A DNA stretch of 62,874 bases, counting the filler, from Neolecta irregularis DAH-3 (taxonomy: Eukaryota): assembly GCA_001929475.1 (NCBI GenBank). It is 7 parts of 7 records of this genome, joined end to end, with 100 filler letters (N's around TTAATTAATTAA, not from the genome) between each part and the next. Parts side by side here need not be neighbours in the genome. Positions count along the whole stretch, not along the records: positions 59,731 to 61,255 come from LXFE01004268.1; positions 61,356 to 62,874 come from LXFE01000620.1; 5 more parts are not named here. One strand, 5' to 3'. The translations under genes were made by a program, and so were the position numbers. Below the pieces are notes generated by a model, which worked only from the letters and a program-made list of their open reading frames with translations, did no database searches and was not told where the DNA came from. Shown here piece by piece: positions 60,713 through 62,874 of the stretch (position 1 is the first letter of the stretch; each line of letters begins with the position of its first letter).

Positions 60713-61178
60713 CTACCCACGGTTCATTGTATTTCTATGGTCAGAAGAGCCGAAATAATAGCGTGCCCTGCTCCACGGGGATTTTCTTCTGTAAATACAT
60801 CCCACTGGCGGGCTTTATAAGTGTCTGCATCGGCCTGTGCATGATCGTCTTCATCGGCGACAGGCTGGGGTGTTCTGGGGATATGAGCAGCGAATGGACG
60901 CGGAGATACGTGGTGGCGTCGAGGATATTGCCTCTTGCGGCCTCGCTGGCGAGGTAATCGTCAATCGACATTGTTGGGAGGCGGTAGCTGGGGCGGAAGA
61001 TTGATTTTTGCACATCTAGTCTGGCGCTTGTGATCACGAATGGCTGAGTGGGCTTTGGTCAGCAGAGGGGCGGGCGAGCCAGGCAAAACCTTTCCATCGG
61101 CGTCGAGCAGCGAGGCGGGCAGGGGCGGGTCGAGCCTGTCCGAGTACGCCGGCTCGGAGTGGCGGTCCTGTTGGCGCG
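60713..61178 (-). CDS. TAP42: TAP42/alpha4 (IGBP1) PP2A regulator, 3' part
   Basis: GK|PTQPFVI, IFRPSYRLPTMSIDDYL, KARQWDVFTEENPRGAG|NTMNRG*; last intron is GC-AG, 60735-60766. Confidence 0.9.
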
Positions 61179-61255
61179 NNNNNNNNNNCAGCGGGAGTTC
61201 ACCGGTACCGGTACCGGGTGGCGAAGATGAAAATGCCGGCGCAAAAATATCGTCA

Positions 61256-61354
61256 NNNNNNNNNNNNNNNNNNNNNNNNNNNNNNNNNNNNNNNNNNNNT
61301 TAATTAATTAANNNNNNNNNNNNNNNNNNNNNNNNNNNNNNNNNNNNNNNNNNN
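61256..61354. other. Artificial contig spacer
   Basis: N-TTAATTAATTAA-N. Confidence 0.97.
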
Positions 61355-61448
61355 NTGCTAACATAAAATGATTTCTATCTGGCCATTTCTTTCATTGGTG
61401 AAGTATGCTGCACATACAAAGTTCATGTCGTATCATCCTGATCTTGTG

Positions 61449-61949
61449 TCACATGATACGACAAATCTTACGAGTGTAACTTTGAGCAAATGGCAATCAA
61501 TTCACAGTTGAACAACCAACCAACGTATTTAAACGAAACGAGCACTATCGGAATCAGAATTTAAAGGCAAAACTAATGGCCTGCAAACAAACTCAATACA
61601 AGAAAATCAAAAGGGCACCTTTGAAGAAGCATCACACGGAGGAAACTACCAAACCCCCATACAACCTAACAGCCTGCCAGAGCATTCTCCAGGTGGGTGG
61701 TTGGATCTCATGGTGAAGGCGGGAGGCATAAAAATCCGGCCTGAGAGTCCCCACCCACCAGAGAGGCTCCGGCGGGCGCACAGTTCAGATATTTCCGGCA
61801 GGCGGCAGGTATACTAATCCTCCCACAGTGTTGTGGATGGACCATGGACTTAATCCAGTCCATTAATAGTCCATGGATAAAGTCCATGGACTGGACTATG
61901 AATAAAGCCCGGCCCATGGTCCATGGGCCTAATGGGTCGTATCATGTGA
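61449..61949. mobile_element. Candidate non-autonomous TIR element with 14-bp perfect TIRs, containing a TCCATGG-rich repeat (61826-61931)
   Basis: TCACATGATACGAC (61449-61462) and GTCGTATCATGTGA (61936-61949). Confidence 0.5.
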
Positions 61950-62166
61950 TATTATATTATAGCGATTTATCCCGTTTATCAGTGACATGGAAAAGGCTCT
62001 GCTAGCTTCCTCGTACTCCCCTACTCGCTTCCTCTCACTCTCCTACCCATTACTGCCCCGCCCCGCCCACCTCACCCATTACTGCCCTGCCCGCCGGTCG
62101 CCCGCCAGGCAGGCAGGTGGACACACTGGAATTTTAGTGTTGATGCAGCTGGGTGTCTCATCATAT

Positions 62167-62525
62167 TGTAAGCATTGCAGCGTATAAGCTAAATATAAAT
62201 GAAAAGATATATTAATATACATATTAAATTACCAATCCACAAAGTCATTCAGACCCCAGCTTCACTGGCACTGGGCTGCTGCAATGATATCTGGCTGAAG
62301 TTTAGATCGACGAGGCTCGAGCATATCACCTGCCTCACTAAATGCTCTTTCACAATTAGCACTTGATGCTGGTATTGTCAAGATATCAAGAGCTAGGCGA
62401 CTTAGAAATTCTGCATGTAGCCCTAATATACATTTCTATCTAATGTCTTATTTCTTTCTCCACCACTTGCTATATTGGTATGGGTATATCCGGGTAATAG
62501 CCGGGATTTACCATTTACCCTTACA
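62167..62525. mobile_element. TGTAAG...CTTACA LTR-like element carrying a hAT transposase dimerisation-domain fragment
   Basis: Right ~100 bp similar to 6260-6356. Minus strand 62230-62420 reads LSRLALDILTIPASSANCERAFSEAGDMLEPRRSKLQPDII..Q*SW. Confidence 0.7.
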
Positions 62526-62874
62526 GTGTGTTGATTGTTAAATGGGTGGGTGGTAGCAGCTAGGCTTCTTAAGGTTGTGCTTTTGATCTTTGATATTTTG
62601 TTATGTAGAAAGGGGAGCGGGGACTATGCTATATACTTGCAGAACACAACAAACTTCCAGTACACGCTGTAGGTGAAAGGAAAAGCTAGGCTAAGCCCCG
62701 TTTACATACGGTGACTCGTCAGCGCGACTCATACTCACGGTACGAAGATACTCTCGAGAAGAGAGAGAACCGACATTGGAACCAAAACCGTGCCAAAATA
62801 GATAGAACAGTGAGTTGTAAGTGAGCTTGGTGATAATAAAAATCGCGGAGGGTGAGGGGAGGCGGGAGCTTGAG

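Noticed and set aside
61189-61255. Exact copy of about 60164-60230
   Set aside because: Bounded by Ns on both sides; a misplaced assembly fragment.
8641-61354. Six recurring TTAATTAATTAA palindromes
   Set aside because: Each is centred in a ~100-nt N spacer: a synthetic six-frame-stop linker, not biology. Gene neighbourhoods across them were ignored.

Overview
This is a fungal nuclear sequence, most likely an early-diverging ascomycete (Taphrinomycotina, Neolecta-like; inferred from gene content and intron style). It is not one locus: seven contigs are joined by artificial ~100-nt N...TTAATTAATTAA...N spacers, so adjacency across spacers means nothing. It holds about 38 compact, intron-rich genes. 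These include a GT71 mannosyltransferase plus an inverted pseudogene copy, NDUFB11, GT25, aspartyl aminopeptidase, SF3B2, YHM2, EMC7, a SUZ12-like PRC2 subunit with a C-terminal PHD-like finger, CENP-W, Get5, deoxyhypusine synthase, Snt1, ALG5, TRM13, UNG1, ALG13, MTG1, PRO2, CSN3, TAD3, SPT23/MGA2, RCF2, PRP6, MSH5 and TAP42. Small transposon relics are also present: a solo LTR with a 5-bp TSD, a related element carrying a hAT fragment, and MITEs. The main signal is relaxed splicing. By hand tracing there are about 120 introns, mostly 30-45 nt, with very degenerate donors, at least 8 GC-AG introns, a probable GT-TG intron in MSH5, and a probable non-GT (AT-AC/AT-AA) intron in SUZ12. The second highlight is a putative Kex2-processed amphipathic peptide precursor. 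All exon models are manual and unverified by RNA.
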